Of a DNA stretch of 41,177 bases, positions 41,164 through 41,177 are shown in pieces (within the stretch, counting starts at the first letter, position 1; each line of letters starts with the position of its first letter). A model generated the notes under the pieces. That model saw only the letters and a list, made by a program, of their open reading frames with translations. It had not been told where the DNA came from and ran no database searches. The stretch comes from a bacterium (lineage in GTDB: Bacteria > Patescibacteriota > Minisyncoccia > Moranbacterales > UBA1568). The stretch lies in the NCBI GenBank assembly GCA_021821305.1, contig JAKACP010000001.1, forward strand, positions 598,349-639,525, read 5' to 3'. The position numbers were made by a program, and so were the translations under genes.

Positions 41164-41177
41164 TGTCGACGGGATGG
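41149..41177 (+). terminator. possible terminator hairpin overlapping the GT26 stop codon (cut by window end)
   Basis: CCCGCCGACA-gatga-TGTCGACGGG (9 of 10 positions pair). The downstream T-run cannot be seen. Confidence 0.3.

Overview
41.2 kb of GC-rich bacterial DNA (about 60% GC by eye, not computed). The genetic code is standard: genes end in TGA, TAA or TAG. My guess is a small-genome CPR/Patescibacteria-like organism, based only on gene content and protein style.

The window is dominated by a very large cell-envelope glycan / extracytoplasmic glycosylation locus:
- two nucleotide-sugar dehydrogenases (a truncated ugd and a WecC-like gene)
- five GT4 glycosyltransferases, two GT2 and one GT26 (TagA/WecG-like)
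- four tandem GT-C (GT39/ArnT/PMT-like) membrane glycosyltransferase paralogs, plus one further large polytopic membrane protein
- a Wzx-type flippase and a UPF0104 flippase-like protein
- two O-antigen-ligase/Wzy-like proteins and an LCP-family ligase

Housekeeping genes are interspersed: priA-def-fmt, groES, an S41 C-terminal peptidase, a rhodanese protein, RtcB, ThpR and an NYN-domain protein.

I saw no rRNA, tRNA, CRISPR array, transposase or integrase.

The most unusual signals are non-coding:
1. Two copies of a 123-nt AT-rich hairpin element (15313-15435 and 31840-31962). They align without gaps and differ by compensatory base-pair changes.
2. A four-copy ACA-rich dispersed repeat flanking the GT-C genes. 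One copy supplies the C-terminal tail of a GT4 protein.
3. A roughly 160-nt rod-like set of nested inverted repeats upstream of thpR.

Other points:
- PriA has lost its canonical ATPase motifs.
- There is a self-contained small-ORF islet with its own promoter, leader hairpin, SD and terminator.
- A heptamer tandem repeat abuts a GT2 start codon.
- Several genes look leaderless.
- Many very long ORFs in the track are antisense shadows of real genes, and I rejected them.
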